From: an uncultured delta proteobacterium
GTDB taxonomy: Bacteria; Myxococcota_A; Polyangia; Polyangiales; Polyangiaceae
DNA: 64,000 bases
Assembly: GCA_963850305.1 (NCBI GenBank)
Contig: CAWKKR010000008.1
Coordinates: 1,923,960 to 1,987,959 of the forward strand
Direction: 5' to 3'
Part shown: one piece after another, positions 20,868 to 30,657 of the stretch
Layout of the letters: every line of letters starts with the position of its first letter
Position numbering within the stretch: the stretch's first letter is position 1
Position numbers and translations under genes: made by a program
Notes under the pieces: model-generated
The model's database searches: none
What the model was told of the DNA's origin: nothing
What the model saw: the letters and a program-made list of their open reading frames with translations, nothing else

Positions 20868-20883
20868 TGGCATGAAGCGTGCT
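20868..20883 (+). promoter_or_regulatory. putative sigma54 (-24/-12) promoter
   Basis: TGGCATGAAGCGTGCT has GG-N10-GC spacing and resembles TGGCACG-N4-TTGCW; about 40 bp upstream of the ATG at 20924. Confidence 0.5.
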
Positions 20884-20923
20884 CTGGGTCGTCCTCCGGA
20901 TCGACAGAGTCCGAGGAGGATGG

Positions 20924-22057
20924 ATGAAACGCTTATTCAGAATCGCCGCGTTTGCGAGTCTCAGCGGTATCGAATGCATCGCGAGCGGGCAAACCATTGC
21001 TGGTTCCGGAGCACCCGCCGCCCCGCCCGTTCCTGGAGCACCCGCTGCCGCGGCGCCCGCCCTCGGCTCCGCGGCCCCTCCGGCTGCCCCCGGCTATGCC
21101 GTCCCACCTGCCCCCGGCTACACGGCGCCCCCTCCGCCCATGCCCGTGTCGAATCAAGCCGCGTGCGTCGTCGGCGATCATCCGCTCGACTGGTCCGACT
21201 CGGCGCGCACCGCGACCGGGCTGGTCTGCGACGCGCTTCGACAGCGCGGCGTGGACATCGGGCTGCCGTCGACCGACGCACACGGGGCAACGAGTGAGTA
21301 TGTCGTGAGTCTCGACCAGCTCGGCGCGACGTTTTTTCTGGGCGTGACGTTCGAGAGCCCGATCGGCGAGATTGTGAAGACCCGTCGCGCGTCCCTCGAC
21401 AATCTGAGTGAAGCGCAGCTCGCCGCGCCCCGCCTCGCCGCCGCCATGCTGGACAACGGAAGCGCCCCGGACAGCGCCGCGCCCGGCGACACGATCGTTC
21501 CGGAGAGTCGAGGGTACAGGAAGACCACGGACGGCTTCTTCGTCGGCATCGGACTTTCCGCGCTCTCCATGCCTGCTCAGGGGGCTTACATGGGTCCAGC
21601 AGGCACCCTGTTCGCCTATTATGAAACCGGTAGCTGGGCCTTCGGATTGCAGCTCATCGAGGGCGACGCGGACATGCACCCGAGTGCGTTCGCAGTTCTC
21701 GACGACTTTTCGGTCGGCGCGCGATACTTTTTCAGCGACGGCGAGGTCTCTCCCTTCTTCGGTGGCGGCCTTGCCCTCAGCTACATCAACGAGCATGAGC
21801 ACGACGGAACGTACCAATACCTGACCGGGGGCGGGACCGGCGCGTTCGCGGAGGTCGGGATAGAAGCGCTCCGCCTCCACAGGACGCACCTGATAGCGAG
21901 CCTTCGCGTCGACGCCCCCTTCTACGCGCTAGAGCGAACCGCAGACACTTCGTACAACTACGACAGCGCCCTTCAGACCGATGTCACCCAGCCGCCCTCG
22001 GGGCCGATCACTCGCTACGAGGTTCCGATGACCTTCACCCTGGGGATCGGCTTCTGA
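20924..22057 (+). CDS. secreted protein with Pro-rich linker and probable C-terminal outer-membrane beta-barrel
   Basis: Signal peptide, PPAPGY repeats, alternating beta-strand pattern, terminal Phe (TLGIGF); GAGGAGG RBS. Confidence 0.7.
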   Translation: MKRLFRIAAFASLSGIECIASGQTIAGSGAPAAPPVPGAPAAAAPALGSAAPPAAPGYAVPPAPGYTAPPPPMPVSNQAACVVGDHPLDWSDSARTATGLVCDALRQRGVDIGLPSTDAHGATSEYVVSLDQLGATFFLGVTFESPIGEIVKTRRASLDNLSEAQLAAPRLAAAMLDNGSAPDSAAPGDTIVPESRGYRKTTDGFFVGIGLSALSMPAQGAYMGPAGTLFAYYETGSWAFGLQLIEGDADMHPSAFAVLDDFSVGARYFFSDGEVSPFFGGGLALSYINEHEHDGTYQYLTGGGTGAFAEVGIEALRLHRTHLIASLRVDAPFYALERTADTSYNYDSALQTDVTQPPSGPITRYEVPMTFTLGIGF

Positions 22058-22065
22058 GTGTCACG

Positions 22066-22968
22066 TCAGCCGCGCCGCCCGACGACCTCCTCGACCTTCA
22101 GCTCGAGGAGACACTTTGCGAACTTGAGGAACTCCGGGACGTGACGCATCTTGGAGCGCCCGCGGGTCCTCACCGCGTAGCGAATCGGAACCTCCGCGAT
22201 CCGAGCGCCCGGCCCTGAAACCCGCGCCGCAAGCTCGAGCACGAGCTCGAACCCCGGACGCGTCAGTCCTGCGTCAGTGAGCGCGTCGCGTCTGACGCCT
22301 CTCAACCCCGTGTACAGGTCCGAGAGGCGTTGGTCGAAGAGCACGTTGAACAGAGTCGTCACGACGCGGTTGCCGAGGCGTCGGAGGAGCGGCATGCCGG
22401 CCTCTCCGGACGATCGCCCGCGGAACCGAGAACCATAGACGGCCGGCGCCTCTTTCAGCGCCGCAACGATCGCCGGGATATCCTCGGGGTAGTATTCGAG
22501 GTCGGCGTCGATCATGACGATGTAGTCGCCGCTCGACGCGCCGATCCCGTCGAGGAGCGAACGCCCGTACCCGAGATTCGACGAGTGCCGGACGACGCTC
22601 GCGCCAGAAAGCCGCTCGAGGACGGCGAGGGTGCCATCCGTCGAGCCGTTGTCGACGAATACGATGTGCGCGCCGGGGCAAGCCGTCTGCAAGCGGGCGA
22701 ACAGCTCACCGACGGTGGCGGCTTCGTTGAACACCGGCACCACGACGTCTAGGAAAGGGGGCCTTGCCCCCGCGGCTCGCTTCGCGCCCGCTCGCCCGCC
22801 GCCTTCGGCGTGCTCGCTTTGCTCAAGGGGGGCCTTGCCGCCCGCGGCTTGCTTCGCAACCGCTCCCCCCGCCGCCTTCGGCGTGCTCGCTGCGCTCGCG
22901 TAGTTCCGCGCCTCGTTGATTCTTTGTGGACGACGGCGTCGTCGATGCGGAACTACTGATGCGCTCAT
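22066..22968 (-). CDS. GT2 glycosyltransferase (DPM1/ArnC-like polyprenol-phosphate glycosyltransferase)
   Basis: VVVPVFNE, VDNGSTDGT, NLGYG, IDADLEY, YGSRF, EVPIRY..R..GRSK; start uncertain because a repeat lies in the 5' region. Confidence 0.88.
   Translation of the reverse strand: MSASVVPHRRRRRPQRINEARNYASAASTPKAAGGAVAKQAAGGKAPLEQSEHAEGGGRAGAKRAAGARPPFLDVVVPVFNEAATVGELFARLQTACPGAHIVFVDNGSTDGTLAVLERLSGASVVRHSSNLGYGRSLLDGIGASSGDYIVMIDADLEYYPEDIPAIVAALKEAPAVYGSRFRGRSSGEAGMPLLRRLGNRVVTTLFNVLFDQRLSDLYTGLRGVRRDALTDAGLTRPGFELVLELAARVSGPGARIAEVPIRYAVRTRGRSKMRHVPEFLKFAKCLLELKVEEVVGRRG
22755..22897. repeat. two imperfect ~70-bp palindromic-type repeat units in the 5' part of the GT2 ORF
   Basis: AAGGGGGCCTTGCC..CGCGGCT.GCTTCGC...CCGCCGCCTTCGGCGTGCTCGCT at 22755 and 22825. 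Confidence 0.75.
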
Positions 22969-23043
22969 GGGGGCACCCTAACACCATGGCGCCGAGTGCC
23001 GTCCCTCTCCCTCTCCGCCTTCAAACAGGGCAGGCTCTGCCCC

Positions 23044-24492
23044 GTGTCCCTGATAGGCGTGATCCCCGCTGCCGGTCGCGGCGTGCGCGCGTACCCGTAC
23101 ACGCGGGCCGTCCCGAAGAGCATGCTCGAAGTGGACGGGGTTCCGCTGATCCGCAGGAACGTCGAGCTGATGCGCGACCAGCTCGGCATCCGGGAGATCC
23201 GTATCGTGATCGGCCATCACGGCGACGTGATCCGTTCGTACCTCGGTGACGGTACCGAGCACGGCGTGAAGATCGAGTACGTGATGAACGACGAGCTCGA
23301 TCTCGAGCTCGCGTACTCCGTGTACCTCGGGTGTCGTGGCGTGAAGTCCCGCTGCTGTGTGATCCTGGCCGACGAGTGTTACGTCCAGACGAACCACGCC
23401 GCGATCCTGGACGCAGACCTGGGGGACGCCCTCGCGATGTGCGCGCTCATCTCGACTCCGTACGCGAAGCACATTCGAAAGAACTACAGCGTGACCCTCG
23501 ACGGCCCGCGCATCACGAGCCTCCACGAGAAGCCCTCCGTCATCTCCGGCAACCTCATGGGCACGGGGACGTACCTGTTGTCTCCCGCACTCATCGAGCG
23601 GCTCGAATCTGCGTTCGCCGACAAGACCCGGGGCCCGAGGGACTGGACCACCTGGCTCGGTACGCTCTGCCGTGACGGTGCGGACGTGCGCGCGTTCTTC
23701 CTCGAGGGCAGCTACGTCAACGTGAACTCGCGGGACGATCTGAACTTCGGCAATTACCTCGTGCGCGAGACCACGTTCGAGCGGAAAAAGGTGTCGCTCG
23801 TGTACGTCGTCGATCGCGAGGAAGACAGGGCGGGCGCGCCGGTGAGAGCGTTCGCCGAGCGTCCCGAGGTCGACGAGGTGATCGTCGTGTCGAGGCGCTC
23901 GTCCGAGTCCCTGGAGCGGTCCGCCGCGGACCCGAAGGTGCGTCTCCTGGCCGTCCCCGAGAACACGTCGATCGGTCTCCTGTTCACGGCGGGAATGGAC
24001 GCCGCGTCGGGGGACATATTGATGCTCTCGTACAGCGACGACACGTTCTCGCCGAGGGACGTGTCCAAGCTTCTGGTGTACGCGCGCGACGCGGATCTCG
24101 TGGTGGGGACCAGGACGACGCGGCAGATGATCGAGCAAGGCACGAACATGCGCGGGCTCGTTCGAGCCGCCCACCTCGTGCTCGCGAAATTCCTCGAGAT
24201 GCTCTGGTGGCGCTTCGACTGTCGCTTCACGGACGTGTGCTGCGTCTATCGCGCCATCTGGCGATCGACCTATGCCACCATCCGGGGCAACTTGACGGCC
24301 ACCGGCGTCGAAATCATTCCCGAGATGGTCATCGAGGTGCTCCGCGCGCGGCGTCGCGTCGTCGAGATCCCCGTGAACTATTACAACCGCGACCTCGAGT
24401 TCAGCTACGTCCGTTCCCGTTACCAGAGTTCGGGTACATTTCTCCGGATCGTCGCCCTGATGTTGAAGAAGAGATGGTCGAAGCCCCGATGA
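23044..24492 (+). CDS. sugar-phosphate nucleotidyltransferase fused to a GT2-like domain
   Basis: IPAAGRGVR..PYT..PKSML, LHEKP, YVNVNSRDDL; C-terminal half ADLVVGTR, RFTDVCCVYR, VVEIPVNYYNR. Confidence 0.82.
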   Translation: MSLIGVIPAAGRGVRAYPYTRAVPKSMLEVDGVPLIRRNVELMRDQLGIREIRIVIGHHGDVIRSYLGDGTEHGVKIEYVMNDELDLELAYSVYLGCRGVKSRCCVILADECYVQTNHAAILDADLGDALAMCALISTPYAKHIRKNYSVTLDGPRITSLHEKPSVISGNLMGTGTYLLSPALIERLESAFADKTRGPRDWTTWLGTLCRDGADVRAFFLEGSYVNVNSRDDLNFGNYLVRETTFERKKVSLVYVVDREEDRAGAPVRAFAERPEVDEVIVVSRRSSESLERSAADPKVRLLAVPENTSIGLLFTAGMDAASGDILMLSYSDDTFSPRDVSKLLVYARDADLVVGTRTTRQMIEQGTNMRGLVRAAHLVLAKFLEMLWWRFDCRFTDVCCVYRAIWRSTYATIRGNLTATGVEIIPEMVIEVLRARRRVVEIPVNYYNRDLEFSYVRSRYQSSGTFLRIVALMLKKRWSKPR

Positions 24493-25484
24493 CCGGCGAC
24501 CTTCGCTCCCCGGGAGCGCTATCCGACCTCCGCCGTCGCGAACGTCAATGGCAAGACGCAGTCGGGCACGCCTTGCTCGACGCGCCGTTCGAGGACGCCG
24601 GTTCCGCGCTCGTCTTCGCGCGACAGTTCGAGCGCATCCGCGAAGCCCTGGGCACGCTCCGGGAAGGCCCGCTCGTCGAGGTGGGCTGCGGGCGCGGCCA
24701 GTTCCTCCAGTACTTGCGCAAGACCGACGCGGGGCGTCTGCTCGTCGGCGTGGACGTGTCCGTCGCGGTGTCGATCTTGCCCGAGCGCGGCGCCGCGGCC
24801 GTTCGCGCCGACGGCGAGTTCCTGCCCTTCGGAGACGGGACCGCGGCGGCGGTCGTCTACAACGGCGCGCTTCACCACGTCGTGGATTACCGAGCGGCGC
24901 TGCGCGAGGCGCTGCGCGTCCTCGCACCCGGCGGCAAGCTCGTCCTCTTCGAGCCGGTCTCGTCGGCGTTCAGTCGCGTCGCACATCGGCTGCTCGATCC
25001 GATCGTCTTTCGCGCGAGCTGTGAATACGAATCGCCCATCGATCAGGAGCGCAAGCATGCCTTTCGCGAAGAGGAGGTCATGGATGAGCTCGCGGCGGCT
25101 CGTGCCGTCGTCCGGCGCGAGAAGAGCGACTACCTTGCTTACCCTTTCACCGGCTGTTACGCGGGCTCTCCTTTCACGAAGAGCCGGCGCTTCATGCTCG
25201 GACTCCTCGCTCTCGAGCGGGCGATCGACGCCGCGCCCGTGCTCGGCTCCGTGGCGCGTCTCTTCGCATGGAGGTTCCTCGTCACGGCAGTGAAGCCGAA
25301 TCCCGGGGGAGGTCCGGCACCGACCGTCCCGCGCCGGCTCGAGGACATGATCGCGTGCCCGAAGTGCAAGGGCCGTCTCTCGAGCGTCGAGGACGCGCTC
25401 GCGTGCACCGCGTGTCGCCTGCGGTACCGCGTCGACGGCGAGATCCCCGTTTTGCTCATCGACGACGCGACCGTGATCGAGTGA
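24489..25484 (+). CDS. class I SAM-dependent methyltransferase with C-terminal Trm112-like zinc domain
   Basis: VEVGCGRG, ADGEFLPF, ALHHV..EALRVLAPGG; C-terminus IACPKCKGRL...C..C..RYRVDGEIPVLL. Confidence 0.85.
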   Translation: MTGDLRSPGALSDLRRRERQWQDAVGHALLDAPFEDAGSALVFARQFERIREALGTLREGPLVEVGCGRGQFLQYLRKTDAGRLLVGVDVSVAVSILPERGAAAVRADGEFLPFGDGTAAAVVYNGALHHVVDYRAALREALRVLAPGGKLVLFEPVSSAFSRVAHRLLDPIVFRASCEYESPIDQERKHAFREEEVMDELAAARAVVRREKSDYLAYPFTGCYAGSPFTKSRRFMLGLLALERAIDAAPVLGSVARLFAWRFLVTAVKPNPGGGPAPTVPRRLEDMIACPKCKGRLSSVEDALACTACRLRYRVDGEIPVLLIDDATVIE

Positions 25485-25810
25485 CGGCGCTCAGCTACCT
25501 CCTCATGCTCGTCGCGGCTGCCGTGGCGTGGGTGTGTCTCAGGCGCGCGAACGAGCTCTGTGCGATTCGGGTGCGGGACGGTCAGAGCCATCTCGTCCGC
25601 GGTCGCGCGCCGGTCCGGTTCCTCTCCGACGCGAGCGAGATCGTACGACGTGCTCGCGTTCCCTCCGCGATGCTGCGCGTCGTGGTCGAATCCGGTGTGC
25701 CGCGCTTGCTCGCACCAAGGGATCTCCAGGCCGACGTCGCGCAGCAGCTCCGAAATGCCGTCGGACAGCACCAGGTCGTGCACTTCCGTTCGGGCCGAAA
25801 AGCGGGGTGA
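25481..25810 (+). CDS. small membrane-anchored protein (DUF3634-like)
   Basis: TM helix then RANELCAIRVRDG..LVRGRAP..FL, QQLRNAVG; GTGA overlap. Confidence 0.6.
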   Translation: MTALSYLLMLVAAAVAWVCLRRANELCAIRVRDGQSHLVRGRAPVRFLSDASEIVRRARVPSAMLRVVVESGVPRLLAPRDLQADVAQQLRNAVGQHQVVHFRSGRKAG

Positions 25811-25832
25811 GGGGATCCCGCGGCGCAGTCTT

Positions 25833-27251
25833 TCACCGAGCGAAAGGACCGAACTCCGGGCGTTTCGGTCCGGTCTTCAGCAGAAGCTCCGTGCAGCGCA
25901 AGATCTCCGGGTCGCGAAAATCCCACGCGCGCTCCGGTTTCATATCGAGCCACACGGGCGAGGTGCTCCAGCCGCATTCCCACGTGAAGGCCCCGATCGC
26001 CTCGATGAGGATGCCCGCGGAGGCCGCGGCGATCACGACGTTGCGAAGCCATGGCCGGGCGGCAACGCTCGACCAGAGCATTCCGAGACCGACGACGAGC
26101 GGAATGGAGAGCTCCGTCAAGTAACGAGGACCGAACGACGTCCCTCCCCACCAGAGTCTGTTCTTCCCGAACAGGAGCAGGCTGCCCACCACCCAGAACA
26201 GCAGATACCAGGCGAGCGGGAATCGTCCTTTCGCGGCGGCGAGCACCAGAGCGACCAGCGCCACGACGAGTACCGGCGAGTACACGAAGAGCCCGCGGCT
26301 CGGCGACACCAGGATATCCGGCAGCCCCTTGCTCAGTGGGAGCGTGAGCACCGTGGAGGCGTCGAGATGTCTCCAGCCGTGCGCAGGCGATCGGTAGAGT
26401 GCAGGATAGCCGCCCGCGAGATCGCCGAACACATGCACGTTATACGCGAGCTGCCATGAGAGCAGCGCGAGCCCCGGCCCGAGGAGCGGGAGCCACGATC
26501 TCCGATGGCGTACGAGCGCGTACGACCCCACCGCGACCGCCGCGATCGCATCCTGCGGACGGCAGACGATGGTCATTGCCGACGCTGCGGAGACGAGGCA
26601 CGCGTCGAGAGTCTTTTCGTGTTCATCGAGCCGGAGCGCGCTCCACAGAGCCAGTGACAGGCAGAACAACGCGGGTCCGTGCTGCCACAACGCCTGGCTT
26701 GCGACGGTCCACGCCGTCGTCCCGAAGGCGTACGTGGCCGTCAGAAACAGGGCCGGCGCACGCCCGGTGAACCTCGTCAGCACCAGGAACACGAAGCCGG
26801 CGGAGAGCGCGACGAGCAGCGACGCGGCGACCTTGCCGGCGATCCGGTAATCGCGAAACGTGTGCAGCCATCCGAACGCGACGGGCACGGCGTACACGGG
26901 CACGGCGAGGAGCGCGGCGCCGACCGGGTAAGAGCTCCGCAGCTTGCCGTGGATCCTGCGAATGGCCGTGGTCCAGGCGATCTGCCTTCGTAGCGTCGAT
27001 GTGCCGTCGACCGAACGCTCGTCCAGTAGCGAGTCGAAATCGTCGAGCTCGAAATCCCCGTGCCGCAGGAGGCTCGCCGGCAGGAGTGTCGCTGGGATCG
27101 TGTCCGCGAGCCCGAGCTCCCGGAAGTTCGCGTTGAACACCACGAAGCAGAACGCCGATATCGCGACGAACGGAACCCAGCCCGGCGTCGACCGGAAGCG
27201 CGCTCCAATTTGCCCGAAGATCGCCTGGCGCGGGCCTCTCGATTCTGCCAT
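25833..27251 (-). CDS. polytopic membrane glycosyltransferase-like protein (GT-C/PMT-like)
   Basis: About 10 hydrophobic helices, AD motif after TM1, YPVG, ALWQHG, CRP, SPSRGLFVYSP, WWGGTSFGPRY. Confidence 0.65.
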   Translation of the reverse strand: MAESRGPRQAIFGQIGARFRSTPGWVPFVAISAFCFVVFNANFRELGLADTIPATLLPASLLRHGDFELDDFDSLLDERSVDGTSTLRRQIAWTTAIRRIHGKLRSSYPVGAALLAVPVYAVPVAFGWLHTFRDYRIAGKVAASLLVALSAGFVFLVLTRFTGRAPALFLTATYAFGTTAWTVASQALWQHGPALFCLSLALWSALRLDEHEKTLDACLVSAASAMTIVCRPQDAIAAVAVGSYALVRHRRSWLPLLGPGLALLSWQLAYNVHVFGDLAGGYPALYRSPAHGWRHLDASTVLTLPLSKGLPDILVSPSRGLFVYSPVLVVALVALVLAAAKGRFPLAWYLLFWVVGSLLLFGKNRLWWGGTSFGPRYLTELSIPLVVGLGMLWSSVAARPWLRNVVIAAASAGILIEAIGAFTWECGWSTSPVWLDMKPERAWDFRDPEILRCTELLLKTGPKRPEFGPFAR

Positions 27252-27261
27252 GGTCTCCGGC

Positions 27262-27972
27262 ATGAGCCAGTCGTACGAGCGGTTCGGACACTATTCGACC
27301 ACGGAAAACGCCATCGAGCGACGGTCGAAATTCATCGTCCGGACCTATAACCACCTGTTCGGCGCGATCATCGCGTTCACGCTCATCGAAATCGGGCTTT
27401 TCGAGTCGGGCATTGCGGCGCACCTCGCTCAGGCCATGCTCGGGACGAGCTGGCTGCTCGTGCTCGGCGGGTTCATGGTGACGAGCTGGATCGCGAGTCA
27501 CTTCGCGAACACGAGCACGTCGCGCCCCGCTCAGTACGCCGGTCTTGCCGCATACGTCGTCGCGGAAGCCCTCATTTTCGTCCCGCTGCTCTTCGTCGCG
27601 AACCAGGTCGCTCCCGGAGCGATCCAGAGCGCCGGCATCGTCACGATGCTCGGATTCGCGGGCCTGTCTGCGGTCGCGTTCGTCACGAAGAAGGATTTCT
27701 CGTTTCTCCGCGGCATCCTGATGTTCGGGGGGATCATCGCGCTCGTCGCGATCGTGGCGGGCTCGCTGTTCGGCTTTCAGCTCGGCACGTTCTTCTCCGT
27801 CGCGATGGTCGGCTTCGCAGGCGCGGCGATCCTCTACGACACGTCCAACGTGCTCCGGAACTTCCCCGAAGATCGCTACGTCGCCGCCGCGCTCCAGCTC
27901 TTCTCGTCGGTGGCGCTCATGTTCTGGTACGTCCTCCGCATCGTCATGAGCCTGTCGAACTCGCGTCGCTGA
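27262..27972 (+). CDS. Bax inhibitor-1/YccA family membrane protein
   Basis: RSKFIVRTYNHL, KKDFSFL, ILYDTSNVL, YVAAALQLF. Confidence 0.92.
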   Translation: MSQSYERFGHYSTTENAIERRSKFIVRTYNHLFGAIIAFTLIEIGLFESGIAAHLAQAMLGTSWLLVLGGFMVTSWIASHFANTSTSRPAQYAGLAAYVVAEALIFVPLLFVANQVAPGAIQSAGIVTMLGFAGLSAVAFVTKKDFSFLRGILMFGGIIALVAIVAGSLFGFQLGTFFSVAMVGFAGAAILYDTSNVLRNFPEDRYVAAALQLFSSVALMFWYVLRIVMSLSNSRR

Positions 27973-28014
27973 GTTCGCGCTCGTAAGGGATGCCCCAACT
28001 CGGGGCAACAGCTC

Positions 28015-28606
28015 ATGGAACGTCCCTCAGCGAAGCCGGCACGCGGCGCGTTCGCGCTGTTGCTTCGCAGCGTCGGGTGCCGTGTCAGTCGCGGTCGCGG
28101 TCGCCTGCAGTAGCAATTCTGCCGCGGTGGGTCCGGGTGCGGCTCCGGTGACGTCGCGCGACGGCGGCAATGATGCGGCCGCGGGTCAGACCGGTCCGGC
28201 GAGCAAGACGTGTGAGCCGGACGCGGGCGGACGGCTCGTTTGCGATGCCTCGACGGTGAGTGGCGTTCCGTGGGGAAGCCCAATCACCGTCGGGACGGGT
28301 GCAGGCGCGCCACCCGCTCCGACTGGCGGCAGTATCGTTTCCGGTGACTACCAGCTCGTGTCCGAGACGATGTACGGCGCGTTCCCCATCGACGTCGCGG
28401 GGGAGTCGCCGGGCGATCAAACGCAGTCGGTCATCCACGTCGCAGGTGACGTGATCAACCAGCTCTACCGTGTCATCTCGCAGGGAGGGAGTGGGGCCGG
28501 CAACTCTGCTGAATGCACGCCCGGGCTCTCCATCGGTCCCGACATGCTGTGCACCGGCGGCCACTGGGAGGCGATGCACCCCGTCTTCTTTTGCCCGGAG
28601 CGCTGA
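28015..28606 (+). pseudogene. lipoprotein, probably frameshifted in its signal peptide near 28065
   Basis: ATG at 28015 gives MERPSAKPARGAFALL; the +1 frame continues FAASGAVSVAVAVA-C-SS...PAPTGGSIVSGDYQL. Confidence 0.5.
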
Positions 28607-28657
28607 ATGCCATCGGACGTGCCTTGTTCGATGTAAGGTTTGATCAGGTGAGGGCCA

Positions 28658-28926
28658 TGCAAAATCTCCTTGAATCGTTGCTCGGGCGAGTTCCGCGACT
28701 GAATGCGCTCGGTATCTCGCTCATCACGCTGTGTTCGATCGCGGCATGTGGCGGCTCCGCCGTGTCGGGCGCGACGGGAAAGGGTGGAAGCTCCGGCGCC
28801 GGGAACGACACGGGTGCCGGGGGTGCCGCTTTCCAACGACGAACCCCGTCGTCGGCGCGCTCAGCCCCGCGAAGTAACGGGAGGGCCGCGGTCGAAGGCC
28901 GGGGCGGAGCGAATCCTCGGTCATGA
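28658..28926 (+). pseudogene. truncated lipoprotein (signal plus Gly linker only)
   Basis: MQNLLESLLG...SIAA-C-GGS, Gly-rich linker, then degenerates. Confidence 0.4.
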
Positions 28927-28939
28927 TATCGTGCGGGCC

Positions 28940-29719
28940 ATGCGCTCGACCGCCCTTTTCTTCGCTTGTGTGGGACTCACGGCTGCTTGCAGCGGCGCGG
29001 CTTCGGCACGCCACGTCGGGTCGGACGCTTCGACCGATGACGCTTCGACCAATGGTGGAGGCGCTGGCGGACGGAGCTCCGGCTCGGGCGGAAGCGGGGC
29101 GTCGAGCAGCAGCGGCGGGACCTCCGGAAGCGGCGGTCTCGGGTCTGGCGCGGGCGGGCTCGACGCGAGCTCGGGCGACAGGGATGGCGGCTTCGATTCG
29201 AGCGCGGATGCGTCGTGCACGTTCGGAACGGCGGGCGGCTACGCTACCCAGCAGCAGGTGGATCTCTACGGGACGACCATCGACTACTTCAGCGGCGGCG
29301 AGCCCCTGCCGGCGGGACGTTATCGGCTCACGTACGTCTCGGGCTGCATGAAATACTCGAGCAACCAGGGCTGGACCATTCACGCTTACCCCAACGGAAT
29401 GACCGCGGCCTGGTGGGTCGTCGGCGACAGCAGCTCCGATCGCGTGGTCGTGCCGCCCGGCACCGTCGGTGTGTTTCCGGGTGATGCAGAAGCCGTCTCC
29501 CTCGGCGGGGCCTACACGACCTTCGATGAATGCGTCGCCGCAAACCTCGCGCACGACGCACCGGTCGAGTTCGACTTCGCCGGTGGGAAGCTCGGCGTGT
29601 GGCTGCTCGACGACAACTACGGCGACAACCTGAGAGGCCCGGACAGCGGCCTCGAGGGCGGCGGCAGCCCGAGGTGGACCCTCACGCTCCTCGGCGCCTG
29701 CGTTTCCGCCGATCGGTGA
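28940..29719 (+). CDS. lipoprotein with Gly/Ser linker and C-terminal beta-rich domain
   Basis: LTAA-C lipobox; PLPAGRYRLTYVSGCMKY, GVWLLDDNYGDN. Confidence 0.7.
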   Translation: MRSTALFFACVGLTAACSGAASARHVGSDASTDDASTNGGGAGGRSSGSGGSGASSSSGGTSGSGGLGSGAGGLDASSGDRDGGFDSSADASCTFGTAGGYATQQQVDLYGTTIDYFSGGEPLPAGRYRLTYVSGCMKYSSNQGWTIHAYPNGMTAAWWVVGDSSSDRVVVPPGTVGVFPGDAEAVSLGGAYTTFDECVAANLAHDAPVEFDFAGGKLGVWLLDDNYGDNLRGPDSGLEGGGSPRWTLTLLGACVSADR

Positions 29720-29912
29720 GCAGCCCGTTCGGCGCTCCGGGCGACCGCGTCCAGTGGTCAGGTCGCTGCGAACACGGGCCGGCAGTGCGATCACATTTCG
29801 ACGACGTCGCGCCAGCGTCACGCGGGCAAATTCACCGGCGTTTCGGCGGCCGTTTCTTGTGCCAATCCTGTCGTCTGGGCGGAACTGGTCGAGGCGTGTA
29901 CATCTCCTTTCG

Positions 29913-30569
29913 ATGTCCGAGCGCACGCTCATCGATGCCATCGTTCGACAGACGGTCATACTCATTGCGCAGCTGGCGACGGCGGGCGGGGTGCGAGCTC
30001 CGCTCGCGCACCTCGCGGCGCTCTCGTTTTTTCTGGGGACCGTTGGCTTCGCCGCGTGTGCGACCACGCACGACGACCTGGACTCGAACGGGGAGACGCA
30101 TTTTCTCACGACGTGCGACGCCGCATGCGGCGGCGGACTCGCCTGCGGGTGCGCCGTCTGCACCACCACGTGCAACCAAGACGCGGATTGTGCTCGCTTC
30201 GGCGCTCAGGCAAAGTGCGTCACGAGCTGCAAGACGAACACGAAGACGTGCGATGCGCCGTGCAACGTCGACGCGGACTGCACCCCGCTGGGAAGCGGCT
30301 TCTCCTGCGAGGGCGGCAAGTGCCGGACCGGGTCCGACTCCGTTCACTCGGACGGCGGGCCGCGTTCGCGGGACGCCGCGGAGGACGGACCCGAAACGGC
30401 GCCTCCGCACACGGAGCCGGACAGCGGGCTCGTCTGCCCGAAGACGCCGTACTTCGGCCCATTCGGTGACGAACGTTCTTCGCCGTCGGACTTCGACGCG
30501 AGCACGTTCGGGTGTTACCCGGGTCGGATCCACCTCGACGTGTATTGGGATGGCTGGGCCTGCCGCTAG
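29913..30569 (+). CDS. Cys-rich protein, possibly chimeric or truncated
   Basis: N-terminus LIDAIVRQTVILIAQLATAGGVRAPLAHLA joined to FAA-C...GETHFL and C..DADC repeats. Confidence 0.5.
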   Translation: MSERTLIDAIVRQTVILIAQLATAGGVRAPLAHLAALSFFLGTVGFAACATTHDDLDSNGETHFLTTCDAACGGGLACGCAVCTTTCNQDADCARFGAQAKCVTSCKTNTKTCDAPCNVDADCTPLGSGFSCEGGKCRTGSDSVHSDGGPRSRDAAEDGPETAPPHTEPDSGLVCPKTPYFGPFGDERSSPSDFDASTFGCYPGRIHLDVYWDGWACR

Positions 30570-30657
30570 CGCCGTCGGAGTTGCGCCCCGCGCGGCATCT
30601 GGGCCTCGGGTGAGCGCGATCTGTGTCCGTCCCGTTCGTCACGCACGAAGTTCCCGC

